Below are positions 26,347-35,561 of a DNA stretch of 64,000 nucleotides, piece after piece. The stretch lies in IMG/VR virus record IMGVR_UViG_3300027974_000032, positions 1-64,000 of that record; one strand, given 5' to 3'. The DNA is from a virus. The position numbers were made by a program, and so were the translations under genes. Each line of letters starts with the position of its first letter. The stretch's first letter is position 1. The notes below the pieces were generated by a model. That model was not told the DNA's origin and did not search any database. It was given only the letters and a program-made list of their open reading frames with translations.

Positions 26347-27002
26347 TCTTCACCAGTTGAATTAACCATGCTTTTCATGTTGTGGAACCAGTGAGGAAGA
26401 GAGTACCTTGATCCAGAAGTAATGGGATACACCTCATGAACATATAAAAAGTTCGATGGAAAGAATATAATGCTTCCTGCAGGTGGTTTAATCTTTACAT
26501 TAGAGTTTCTAAACTCTATCTCTCCACCTTCATAGTCATCATTTAGGTATGAAACAGTAGATAAAACTCTGCTACTAACTCCGTGATCTTGGTGTGCTGG
26601 TAAGTGTCCACCAACATCATATCTTAAAAGATGAATGCTGTATTCTCTATTTTTAATATTTTGATTTGCAAATGGATATAAAACTTTTGTATAGTGCTCA
26701 GTTGCTTTATCAAGTGCTGAGTACAGTCGTTGTGAAACAGAGTACTGATCATCATAATAAAAATCTTGTTTATTAAGTGTTTCTGGTTTTTGGAAAAACT
26801 TTTGATGACAAAACGTCATATTATTATCTGACCAATCTATCCAAGGCTTTACCTCTGTCATTGCTGTCCCATGTTCTCCAGACATAAACCTCTTATCAAT
26901 ACTATTAACTTTTTCTATTACTTCTGCTGGATCTTCTATTATGTTCTTGTATAAAACAAGTCCAAGGTCTAGAACCTCATAATCAAATTCTTGTAAATTC
27001 AC
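26343..27002 (-). CDS. prolyl-hydroxylase-like 2OG-Fe(II) oxygenase
   Basis: LLRY..GG..PAHQD...YLNDDYEGGEI...FPSN..Y.HEV.PI.SG.RY. Confidence 0.88.
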   Translation of the reverse strand: MNLQEFDYEVLDLGLVLYKNIIEDPAEVIEKVNSIDKRFMSGEHGTAMTEVKPWIDWSDNNMTFCHQKFFQKPETLNKQDFYYDDQYSVSQRLYSALDKATEHYTKVLYPFANQNIKNREYSIHLLRYDVGGHLPAHQDHGVSSRVLSTVSYLNDDYEGGEIEFRNSNVKIKPPAGSIIFFPSNFLYVHEVYPITSGSRYSLPHWFHNMKSMVNSTGEE

Positions 27003-27576
27003 TTTCCCCCGCCTTCCATACTAAATCATCTTCTGGTGATAAGAAATCAGGGTCAGCATGCTTTGGCAAACTTGTATGCATGTATAGTGCTGTATGTCTT
27101 ACTCCACCTGTTACCGTTGTAATTCCATGTGCATACTCTGAACCCGCTGATGGGAAAAAGACCGCTGAATATTTTTTAGGCTTATAAACAAAATTTTGGT
27201 TTGGAAAATATATATCTCCACCAGTAAACTCATCATTGAGATAAATAATTGTGCTCCATTCAATCCATGGTTCTGGATCCTGTGCGTCTAAGTGCAGGTC
27301 TCCTTTTTTCCCTGGATTCCAAATAGAACCAAATGCTTTAAAAACATATATTGGGTTTACAAAACCGTTAAGTTCTTTGTGCTTTTCATTGCTAATGTCT
27401 CCATACTTTTTTAAAAGATCTCTTGTTATTGGGTTGTATGGAAACGCTGTTCCACCAAACCTATCTTTGTAATAATCTGGATACGCTTCTGCTGAAGATG
27501 GACTGACTTGTTCTCTTATAAGAACATTGGCATCTTCTTCAGATATAAAATTATCAACTATGTGAACTCTATGCAT
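26983..27576 (-). CDS. prolyl-hydroxylase-like 2OG-Fe(II) oxygenase
   Basis: HLD...IYLNDEFTGG..FP...HG..V.GG.R. Confidence 0.85.
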   Translation of the reverse strand: MHRVHIVDNFISEEDANVLIREQVSPSSAEAYPDYYKDRFGGTAFPYNPITRDLLKKYGDISNEKHKELNGFVNPIYVFKAFGSIWNPGKKGDLHLDAQDPEPWIEWSTIIYLNDEFTGGDIYFPNQNFVYKPKKYSAVFFPSAGSEYAHGITTVTGGVRHTALYMHTSLPKHADPDFLSPEDDLVWKAGESEFTRI

Positions 27577-27599
27577 GTTTACTCCCTGTTATCATTATA

Positions 27600-28427
27600 C
27601 TATACAATCTGAACACCATTATACCCGCTTAAAAATCTTGGAACATCTAACTCTTCTAGACTAATCTTAAAACTTAGATATTCTACATCATCTATTTCAT
27701 ATGGCAGTTTTGTCAATTTAGACAACTGAATACCATGAAAATCTTCAAATGCTTTGTTATTTTTACTAACAATATACTTGAGCATTTTGTTGTATCCATG
27801 AATATTAGAGTAAGGTACATATGTATCCCTATTCTCCTGCTCTATTTGTGAATATGCTTTTGACGGAAGTGAGTAAATTCTATATCCAGCAGAAAGAAGT
27901 AGGCAAGACGCAAGTAGGTCTTGGCCCAAGTCTTTTAGCATATTTAATTTTGTTAATACCATAGCCTCCTTTGATCTTAAAAATAAAAAGTTTATATCGA
28001 CAAAATTTGTTAGTTGCACCGATTGTGACTCTTCAGTATCAGTTAAAATTCTATGCCTATCTATTGACAATTTTGGTATTCCTTTTCCAGATACAACATC
28101 ATTTTCTTTTAGTACAGAACTAAGATATAGATCCCAAGAATTCATTATTGATATATTTGGATTAATTTCTAAAAAATAATCTGTTCTTTTTTCATTAAGG
28201 ATACATGTATTTCTGTAGTATGCCATAGACTTATAGTCGTCCCAATGAATAAATTTATATATTACATTTGGAATGTCCTTAAAGTTAAAGTCTCTATCCA
28301 CATTGTTTTGATCAAAAACATAGTATGAGACATCAAACATACTACTTTCCTTAGAAATAAGATCTTTGATTTGATCCAAAAGATTTTTATTTTTATAAGA
28401 ATAAATAAAAACTTTTATAGACTTCAT
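27600..28427 (-). CDS. GT-A fold, GT60 (GlcNAc transferase)-like protein, possibly degenerate
   Basis: IKVFIYSYK; YFLEINPNISIMNSWD aligns by eye to GT60 Y.LQIDSH..F...WD; GY.IYS. Confidence 0.45.
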   Translation of the reverse strand: MKSIKVFIYSYKNKNLLDQIKDLISKESSMFDVSYYVFDQNNVDRDFNFKDIPNVIYKFIHWDDYKSMAYYRNTCILNEKRTDYFLEINPNISIMNSWDLYLSSVLKENDVVSGKGIPKLSIDRHRILTDTEESQSVQLTNFVDINFLFLRSKEAMVLTKLNMLKDLGQDLLASCLLLSAGYRIYSLPSKAYSQIEQENRDTYVPYSNIHGYNKMLKYIVSKNNKAFEDFHGIQLSKLTKLPYEIDDVEYLSFKISLEELDVPRFLSGYNGVQIV

Positions 28428-28429
28428 AT

Positions 28430-29095
28430 CTATGCTAATGGGATCCAGTGTTGATGCTGATCATAGTCTTTGATAAAACGCAAAGGAACAATGTCATAGG
28501 CTAGGGTGATTCTTTGTCCATCCCAATCCCAATCTCCCTGTGCATGTGGGTGACCCATTTCAGACATAATCATTCTATTGTTCTTATTATGATTTTCTAC
28601 AACCATATCTTCACGATTTTCTAATTTATAGAATGTTGAAGATGGCTCTGCCTTAATGCAGTAGTAACCATGAAAAAATGGTGCCCATGGTCCACCATGA
28701 TCATGCCAATCTAACTTTCCAACTTTGCGATCATTGATATTAAACCAACCCTGAACATAATACTTTTCTCTTTTAAAGTCAACACCATAATAGTCGCAAG
28801 CCTCATGTACTAAATCTTTTAGATTTGAGAAAACATTATAAATTTCTTCATTATAAAACTGGAACACGTTGTATTCGCTCCACTTTACTGTTGAAATACT
28901 TCCAGACTCTAGCCAAGATTCTTCACCCTTATGCCCAACAGGAGAAACTCCTCTTACTTTGGCATTACAAATATCATCATATAGTTTTGTTAAATAACTA
29001 GACATCTTATCAAGATCATTATTTAGATATCTCTCAAAGAACATGTGTGGTTTATCATATTTCTTTGCTTGTGCGTATATGCCTTTATCTTGCAT
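28430..29095 (-). CDS. putative 2OG-Fe(II) oxygenase; paralog of 32075..32767
   Basis: WFNIN...LDWHDH...FHGYY...PH...RITLAYD. Confidence 0.65.
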   Translation of the reverse strand: MQDKGIYAQAKKYDKPHMFFERYLNNDLDKMSSYLTKLYDDICNAKVRGVSPVGHKGEESWLESGSISTVKWSEYNVFQFYNEEIYNVFSNLKDLVHEACDYYGVDFKREKYYVQGWFNINDRKVGKLDWHDHGGPWAPFFHGYYCIKAEPSSTFYKLENREDMVVENHNKNNRMIMSEMGHPHAQGDWDWDGQRITLAYDIVPLRFIKDYDQHQHWIPLA

Positions 29096-29133
29096 TTCTT
29101 TCTCCCTTTTCTAGAACTATTATCTATTATACA

Positions 29134-29868
29134 CTACTGGTAGTTTTTTCTTTGCCACGTAGTTTTCTTGTAGTGTCCTGTTACGTGTGACCTTCTTTTT
29201 TCTTCTTTTACCTTGTTCTCCCAGAAATATTTTTCTGAGTAATCAATATTGAGTTCCCAATCATCCCTTTTAATTGGAATCATCTGGAATAGAGGGGTTC
29301 CCTTTTTAATTGTACCCTCGAACCCACGCTTTAAAAAGAATGTCATGAAAACTGGTAGTCCCCATATATCACTATCAACAATTCCTGTTGGGCTATAAAA
29401 TGGTAAATCCCAACGATTATGTGGATGAGTAATCATCAATGAGTATCCTGGTGGTGTTTCATAGTACCAACTCATCTTCCATCCAAAGTGTATTGGGTAG
29501 CAATCTCTTGGAATGGGAAAATCAACAATTGGTCTTGTATCTACAACAGCATTAGGAGATTCCCACAAAAGAGATGGCTTTCCGTCTTTGTCTACTGTAA
29601 CCTCAACATCTTCTGATAGAGTCTGCATATATCCAGATAGCATTGAATCTAATAGAGGCACACAAAGTTTTGTAGATACATCAGATCCATCCTGACCACG
29701 ATCATTTACTGGGTATAAATGTCTTATACTATGACTAGAAGCACCATTGTAACTTGCAAGATCTTTATACCAGTCTGGAAGAACTGAAGATGCTTTTACT
29801 GGTGGGCTTTTGTACATTGGAGTGTTTTCATCCATTGACGATGGGCCAAAAGTTATTTTATTTGTCAT
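29134..29868 (-). CDS. hypothetical protein (dUTPase-like/DUF6065-like)
   Basis: TPPGYS...HP.NR...GIVDSD...IKKGTPLFQ.IP.KR. Confidence 0.55.
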   Translation of the reverse strand: MTNKITFGPSSMDENTPMYKSPPVKASSVLPDWYKDLASYNGASSHSIRHLYPVNDRGQDGSDVSTKLCVPLLDSMLSGYMQTLSEDVEVTVDKDGKPSLLWESPNAVVDTRPIVDFPIPRDCYPIHFGWKMSWYYETPPGYSLMITHPHNRWDLPFYSPTGIVDSDIWGLPVFMTFFLKRGFEGTIKKGTPLFQMIPIKRDDWELNIDYSEKYFWENKVKEEKRRSHVTGHYKKTTWQRKNYQ

Positions 29869-30523
29869 ACTCTTTTATCAACTCTCTAACTACTAGTTCA
29901 TCTTTTATTATAACATCACAAATATTTGAACCTACTTCAATAATACCATAGGTATCACCATGGTACTCTTGAATATAGTCAGAGTCATTCTTAATTGCAA
30001 AATGAAACCAGTCAACATTCCAAATAGGCTCATCCCTTAGTTTTTCAAATCTAACAGAATCGCTGATCATTCTAAATGGTGAATCACTTATCTCACGAAT
30101 AGAACAAGTGATATTTTTGTCTATAATCCAAGGTACATAGAATTTATACAAGGCATTAAAACAATCGTTGGGTGCTTCCACTTGATAGTCTGAAGGATAG
30201 AACTGTCTTTGCCATGTCTTATCTAATGCATAAAGACCATGATCCATTTGCTCTAACCATACCTCTGCATGAGTTTTATATCTTAACACAGCAAAGTTGC
30301 CTTCTAAAATAAGTTCTGGTCTTGGGTAAAAGTGCATTGCATAACAGTTTACTGGCTTTAGTATTGAGTTAGAATATTTTGTGTCATGAACAAATGTAGA
30401 GTGTCCCCAATGAGGAGGTAGTTGAAAGTTTTGATTAGTTATCTCAGAGAAGGAATCGTGCTCACAGTTGACCCAATACTTTGAGCCTATCCTACCACGA
30501 TTCACTTCATCTGAAATCTCCAT
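29858..30523 (-). CDS. hypothetical protein
   Basis: 221 aa in operon. Confidence 0.7.
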   Translation of the reverse strand: MEISDEVNRGRIGSKYWVNCEHDSFSEITNQNFQLPPHWGHSTFVHDTKYSNSILKPVNCYAMHFYPRPELILEGNFAVLRYKTHAEVWLEQMDHGLYALDKTWQRQFYPSDYQVEAPNDCFNALYKFYVPWIIDKNITCSIREISDSPFRMISDSVRFEKLRDEPIWNVDWFHFAIKNDSDYIQEYHGDTYGIIEVGSNICDVIIKDELVVRELIKEYDK

Positions 30524-30527
30524 AATA

Positions 30528-31298
30528 TTAAATCTTTGGCTTTACAATTCCTGGAGCAATTCTAGTCGTTGTCCACATTGCTGCAACTGCAGCAGTTGCT
30601 GATGATGATGAGTGCGCTACAAGACCAAACAGTTGTGTAGAGTATGCCCATTTTGATCCATCATCAGTTAATTTTACAAAGTAATCTGTATTAGCATCTG
30701 ACCAAGCAAGTGGATTGCCCTTGTCATCTGCATGTGCAACTGCAGTAATCTCTGCAATACATCCAGGATATGTAACTGCAGCATTTTTTGCATTTCCAGA
30801 TGAAGCAAAAACTAATATTCCTTGTGCCTTTAAAGAAGCAATAATGCTACGAATTTCTTTATCTGCAGTTTCTGGTGTCCATGGAGCAGATGCAGTTGGC
30901 ATACACGGCTTTGAAGCATGATTAAAATATCGTGAAAAAGATACAGCAGCAATCTGTGATGAATTAGCCTTTACCCAATTCATTGCAGTAATAAACATTG
31001 CTGGAGTCATATCTGCTGTTGCCGAAGCACCGCATAGTGCAATAATCTTTAATGATGGATTTTGAAGTTTTGCAACTGCATACATACTATTACCATGATT
31101 ATATGGATCTGATGATGATGCATTTTTGATTGGTGCAGAAACTTTACAAGGAGTCCCTTGCGGAGTGATAGCATCTGATGTAACTCGTGTATCAAAGTAA
31201 CTGTCAATAATAACAAGAGCCTTTGAATCTGCTGCTTGTGATTGAACTGGAACTACTACTGAAAACAATACTGCAATTAATGCGATTAACTTTTTCAT
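30528..31298 (-). CDS. secreted subtilisin-like (S8) peptidase
   Basis: Signal peptide MKKLIALIAVLFSVVVPVQSQA; IIDS, HG, SSGN, YPGC, SSSATA. Confidence 0.75.
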   Translation of the reverse strand: MKKLIALIAVLFSVVVPVQSQAADSKALVIIDSYFDTRVTSDAITPQGTPCKVSAPIKNASSSDPYNHGNSMYAVAKLQNPSLKIIALCGASATADMTPAMFITAMNWVKANSSQIAAVSFSRYFNHASKPCMPTASAPWTPETADKEIRSIIASLKAQGILVFASSGNAKNAAVTYPGCIAEITAVAHADDKGNPLAWSDANTDYFVKLTDDGSKWAYSTQLFGLVAHSSSSATAAVAAMWTTTRIAPGIVKPKI

Positions 31299-31300
31299 AT

Positions 31301-31522
31301 TTACATACCCTTTATCTTGATTACTAGTTGACATGGGTCGCCACCTGCTTCCCACTCTTCTTGCTCTTCTTCTGTCATGTAAGGATCTCCTTCATGAGTA
31401 TTACAGAACGGTTCTGTGATCCATCCCCGCTCAATTCCATTTTCAAGCCAAATCTCAAACTCATTAAAGTCTGACTCTGTATCTTGAATATCCTTTAAAA
31501 TTTCATCAAATTCTTCGCTCAT
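31301..31522 (-). CDS. acidic hypothetical protein, leaderless
   Basis: GW...FCNTH.G.P...EE...W..GGDPC. Confidence 0.7.
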   Translation of the reverse strand: MSEEFDEILKDIQDTESDFNEFEIWLENGIERGWITEPFCNTHEGDPYMTEEEQEEWEAGGDPCQLVIKIKGM

Positions 31523-31528
31523 ATAATA

Positions 31529-31557
31529 AGTATACTACTAAGCGCTGACTACGTCAA
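31529..31557 (-). promoter_or_regulatory. promoter overlapping upstream stop; leaderless
   Basis: TTGACG-17-TATACT-6 nt-ATG. Confidence 0.75.
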
Positions 31558-32062
31558 CTGGGCCCATGCAAGATGGATTGAATTTAATTGCAGCAGAAAC
31601 TGCAGAGACAACACGATTTCTAGCATTTTTTTGTTTATCTGTTGCATATAAAACTCCGTAAGCATATTCTGCTCCAGACCCCATAGCAAGATATGGCAAT
31701 GTATATTTAGATAAAGACATATCTGCAGAACTGTGTTCGTATATCTCGCCACGTACTGCAATTAGTAAACCAAGATCACCATCTTTTGATGTATCAACCC
31801 AAAACTCATTATAAAACTCTTTGAGTTCTTTAATAAATCTAGTTTGCATAAACTTATCTGTATCTTTAATGTTTGGGGCAGATGGTTTAAAGTTATACCT
31901 AATTCTTTCACCATCCATTGCGCCAGCATATCCAATTAGATATGGACCAATTTTCCAAACCTTTGGTGCGTCTAATGCAAGAATCGTTCCATCATCTGAG
32001 GCACCACGATCTCCTGCCATATAGACTTTATCTTCATGACGGACTACAGCAATACATGTCAC
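31538..32062 (-). CDS. HslV/proteasome-beta-like Ntn protease
   Basis: N-terminal M-T-CI, AGD, KVWK, G.AG, AMGSG..YA. Confidence 0.82.
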   Translation of the reverse strand: MTCIAVVRHEDKVYMAGDRGASDDGTILALDAPKVWKIGPYLIGYAGAMDGERIRYNFKPSAPNIKDTDKFMQTRFIKELKEFYNEFWVDTSKDGDLGLLIAVRGEIYEHSSADMSLSKYTLPYLAMGSGAEYAYGVLYATDKQKNARNRVVSAVSAAIKFNPSCMGPVDVVSA

Positions 32063-32074
32063 TTATAGTTTTCC

Positions 32075-32767
32075 TTACAGAATCTTTGGAAGTGGGAAAT
32101 AGTGTTGCTCCCAGAAATCTTCATGATCTTGAAGATCAGCATCTAAAAATGCTTCCTGAGTTAGAATTCGCATTGGCAAAACATCATAAGCAATTGTAAT
32201 TCTTTCGCCTTCCCATGCCCAATCTCCCATTGCATGAGGATAGCCAATTAATGAAAGTATTGCACGGTTATTCTTGTTATGATTAATCTTTTCTTGATCA
32301 TCAATCATGTAATGTGTTTGAGAAGGTTCTGCGTTTACAGAATAGTAGCCATGAAATGCTGGTACCTTAAAGTTTGGATCTAGATGATCATGCCAATCTA
32401 GTTTGCCACCCTTCGCTGTGCTATTAATATTAAACCATGCCTGTGCAACCCACTGCTCACTATTATAATCAATTTCATAATACTTACATGCTTCTCTTGT
32501 CATATCAACAACTGCAGAGTATAGTTCATGCATGAAAGGATAGTACATTTGAAAAGCATTGTACTCTCTTGACTTTTGAGTAGAAACTGATTTTGAGTAT
32601 GTAAAAATATCTAAAGTGTCACTATGTGGAGCAATCCCACGCATCTCACATTTTGCAATTCTTTCATATTCAAATTTTAAAGTGTCTGTTACATTTTTTA
32701 AATCAAGATCTAAATCTCTTGTAAAAAACTTTTGTGGTTTGCTATTTTTGTCAAATGGTTGATTCAT
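32075..32767 (-). CDS. putative 2OG-Fe(II) oxygenase
   Basis: WFNIN...LDWHDH...FHGYY...PHAMGDW.W...RITIAYD. Confidence 0.65.
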   Translation of the reverse strand: MNQPFDKNSKPQKFFTRDLDLDLKNVTDTLKFEYERIAKCEMRGIAPHSDTLDIFTYSKSVSTQKSREYNAFQMYYPFMHELYSAVVDMTREACKYYEIDYNSEQWVAQAWFNINSTAKGGKLDWHDHLDPNFKVPAFHGYYSVNAEPSQTHYMIDDQEKINHNKNNRAILSLIGYPHAMGDWAWEGERITIAYDVLPMRILTQEAFLDADLQDHEDFWEQHYFPLPKIL

Positions 32768-32822
32768 GACTAACCCCTTCTAGGCTCTATATAAGTATAC
32801 CATTACCTAGAAGGGGAGTCAA
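32767..32822 (-). promoter_or_regulatory. promoter nested in an inverted repeat that covers the SD
   Basis: TTGACT-17-TATACT; arms TGACT-CCCCTTCTAGG / CCTAGAAGGGG-tt-AGTCA. Confidence 0.75.
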
Positions 32823-32839
32823 TTAAGCGTTAATAATGA

Positions 32840-33124
32840 TTAATTAGCCTTCTTGTCTACCGTCTTAAACGCATCATTGATTTCTGCCAATGTGAGTTTG
32901 CCATCGTCCAAAAAATATCTTGCCAATTTTTCAACTACAGTTGCAACACCTAATAGTCCTGCTAAGCATACTGCCTGAACTGTATCAATTCCAACTACTG
33001 CTCCAGCACCAAGTACTGAGAGACCAGATGCTGCGAACACTGCTACAATTCTCATTAAAACATTTGTTAGGGCCTTTTGTGGGTGCTCTTTCTTTGGAGC
33101 CTCTACTACCTTTTTAGTTGCCAT
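32840..33124 (-). CDS. membrane protein (holin-like, EF-hand-like DDGKLT..EIN tail)
   Basis: Start MATKKV after AGGAGG; two TM segments. Confidence 0.6.
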   Translation of the reverse strand: MATKKVVEAPKKEHPQKALTNVLMRIVAVFAASGLSVLGAGAVVGIDTVQAVCLAGLLGVATVVEKLARYFLDDGKLTLAEINDAFKTVDKKAN

Positions 33125-33126
33125 AT

Positions 33127-33354
33127 TTAGTCCTCCTTTCTTAGCGGGATTGTAACTAGCCATATAATTGTTACTGCAAGAACTGCAATACCAACAATAT
33201 CTCTTGCTGATCCCGTCAAAGTTAGCCATGCGATAAAGAAGCCAAGGAGGGTGAATGCCTGTGCAATTAATTCCATTCCTGCGTCTTTAAACCATTTGAT
33301 TAATCCCTTGAGCATTTTGCCTACCAGGTTGATGGCTTTATTGATTATTTTCAT
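33127..33354 (-). CDS. two-TM membrane protein
   Basis: AGGAGG SD; hydrophobic helices. Confidence 0.7.
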   Translation of the reverse strand: MKIINKAINLVGKMLKGLIKWFKDAGMELIAQAFTLLGFFIAWLTLTGSARDIVGIAVLAVTIIWLVTIPLRKED

Positions 33355-35456
33355 TTGTTCCTCCTTATCATTGCCCCTGCAATTTGTGACACTATGATCA
33401 CTGGGACAACTACTTCCTGTGCTTTTTCTCTCTGATCGTCTGTCATATCCATACCTAATTCAGAGAAATTAGATAGGAGTTCTATTGGATCCACCGCAAA
33501 AACTGCTCCAAGTGGGTCTGCTAAGAATGCTTCTGTTTGTACTTCTGTTACTGCATCTGCTAATGTAAATGGCATTGGGGTTTCTCCTGCATCCCCTGCT
33601 CTTTCTGAGAACTCAACAAATGCTGAAGCAAGTGCTGGGTTAGACTTCATCTGCTCAGCAATTTGTGCAACTTCTGAAGTCTTGATACCAAGATCGCTTG
33701 CTACCTCTGCCTTTGCCTCTTGTGTCAATGCTCTAAGGGTTTGGCTAACTGCTGTGATTTGTTCTGCAGAAAGTTTAACTAACTTGTTATCCTTGCTTGT
33801 GAGGTTGGCAATAACTCCAGATAGATCCTCTGAAGTTCCAGTTCCTTTTTCAGGAATAAGTGCTGCTAAAACTGCATCTTTAATTTCTACATCTGGTGTA
33901 GTCCAAGGGTTCTCTTCTGGCTTTGGGTCTGGTCCTGGTCCTGGAGAAGGCTCTGGTGTAGGGTCAACAATTGGGTCTGGGCTTGGCTCAGGAGTTGGTG
34001 GTTCCTCTGGGGTAGGCTCAGGTGTAGGCTGGTCTGTAGGGTCCACCGTAGGCTCTGGAGAAGGCTCTGGTGTAGGAGGCTCTTCTGCTGTAGGTTCTGG
34101 GCTTGGTTCTGGAGTAGGTGGTTCCTCAGCAGTTGGTTCTGGTGAAGGCTCTGGTGTGGGGGCAACAGTTGGTTCTGGATCTGGGCTGGCCTCTGGGGTA
34201 GGCTGATTGGCTGCAGCATTGGCTGCTGCTTGAGCAATGGCAGATTGAATTTCTCTTTGTGACTGCTCGTCATAGTAACGCCATGAGTTATCAATTGCAC
34301 TGTTAACATTATTAATTGCTTGTTCATATGCGTCAATAGCATTATTTTTATTTTGTAATGCCGTTGCAACATTCAAAACTGAATTATTATATTCAGTTGT
34401 TTTATTAGTTAAGGTTTGATTGTAACCATTTAATGTTGAAACTGCTTGGTTATAAACATTTAGTTTATCATTGTAAACATCTTGGGCTGCGTTCTTTGCA
34501 GCGAGTGCACTGTTGTAGTCGTTGGTCTGTTCTTGAGTTGCTCCAGATCCAGAAGAAAATGTGTTTAAATTACAACTAAAGTTTTGTCCCCATACTCTTG
34601 GATTTCCAGCATAGTCACAACCTGCTCCAGTCCATCCTCCAGGAATTCCCCATCCAAGATGATAGGATCCTGGTCCTCCACCGTTGTACCACCAAATCTC
34701 TACATCAAAAACTTTATCGCTTGTTACATCATATACAGGAGAATAAGCACTCCAAGTTGTTCCTTGCTCCCGCCAATTATTAATGGCAAGTTCTCCATCA
34801 ATGTACATTCTAAAACCATCATCTGTATATCCTGCAAAATATGCTTGTGTAAACCATGAAGGAACTGTTATCTGTCCAGTAAACTTAACAATGAAATTGC
34901 TATACCGATTTCCACAAACTGGCAGTTGCATATAGTTTGAATTCCAGGTACCACTACATAGCAGTTGATCTGTGGCTGCTTGTCCATTAACTCTAATTAA
35001 ACTATAAACATCATATTGTAGTCCTGCTCCACCAGCATTATTTAAGGCTTGCTGGGCTGTTTGTAGATTAATATTGGTTATACCAAGGGCATCATAGGCA
35101 TCATTCTTATTCTCTAAGGCAATGGCTACCTCTGCTGTTTGTTCATCTAATGCTGATTGGGCTAATTCTTTTTCTTCAAGTGCCGTGGCTTTTGCATCAA
35201 GGGAATCATTATATAGGTCTGAGGTTTGTGTCTGGGTTTCTTTTGCAGATACTGCAAGGGCATATTTATCTTCTGCCTCTTGAATTAAAGATATGAATTC
35301 ATCTTGGTATCCAAGGTCATCTACGCTGTCATTAAGTGCCTGGATTTCTTGGGCTGCAACTGTGAGTGGATCATCAGAGTGTGCACCTTCTGGGGACATA
35401 AGAAGCCAACCAAATGCTAACATTGTGGCTGCTACTATTCTTATTAGTTTTTTAAT
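33351..35456 (-). CDS. exported PA14-domain, coiled-coil, Pro-rich protein with C-terminal anchor
   Basis: TDDGFRMYIDGELAINNW...WYNGGG (PA14); PTPEPSPE repeats; first ATG 35423, signal peptide extends to ATT 35456. Confidence 0.8.
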   Translation of the reverse strand: MKKLIRIVAATMLAFGWLLMSPEGAHSDDPLTVAAQEIQALNDSVDDLGYQDEFISLIQEAEDKYALAVSAKETQTQTSDLYNDSLDAKATALEEKELAQSALDEQTAEVAIALENKNDAYDALGITNINLQTAQQALNNAGGAGLQYDVYSLIRVNGQAATDQLLCSGTWNSNYMQLPVCGNRYSNFIVKFTGQITVPSWFTQAYFAGYTDDGFRMYIDGELAINNWREQGTTWSAYSPVYDVTSDKVFDVEIWWYNGGGPGSYHLGWGIPGGWTGAGCDYAGNPRVWGQNFSCNLNTFSSGSGATQEQTNDYNSALAAKNAAQDVYNDKLNVYNQAVSTLNGYNQTLTNKTTEYNNSVLNVATALQNKNNAIDAYEQAINNVNSAIDNSWRYYDEQSQREIQSAIAQAAANAAANQPTPEASPDPEPTVAPTPEPSPEPTAEEPPTPEPSPEPTAEEPPTPEPSPEPTVDPTDQPTPEPTPEEPPTPEPSPDPIVDPTPEPSPGPGPDPKPEENPWTTPDVEIKDAVLAALIPEKGTGTSEDLSGVIANLTSKDNKLVKLSAEQITAVSQTLRALTQEAKAEVASDLGIKTSEVAQIAEQMKSNPALASAFVEFSERAGDAGETPMPFTLADAVTEVQTEAFLADPLGAVFAVDPIELLSNFSELGMDMTDDQREKAQEVVVPVIIVSQIAGAMIRRNK
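33920..34205 (-). repeat. coding tandem repeats (PTPEPSPEPT units)
   Basis: About 6 degenerate Pro/Thr/Glu/Ser units. Confidence 0.85.
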
Positions 35457-35514
35457 TACCTTTCCCCCTTGCAGACAAGATGTCTGTTAGGATGATTATA
35501 CCATTTTATTGCAC

Positions 35515-35547
35515 AAAAAAGGGGACTAGCACTCAGCCAATCCCCTT
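35515..35547 (-). terminator. rho-independent terminator
   Basis: GGGGATTGGC-TGAGT-GCTAGTCCCC-TTTTTT. Confidence 0.85.
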
Positions 35548-35561
35548 AGTTGTTGGACTAA

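Noticed and set aside
33920-34205. Repeat array as CRISPR or guide array
   Set aside because: In-frame coding repeats with synonymous variation, no unique spacers
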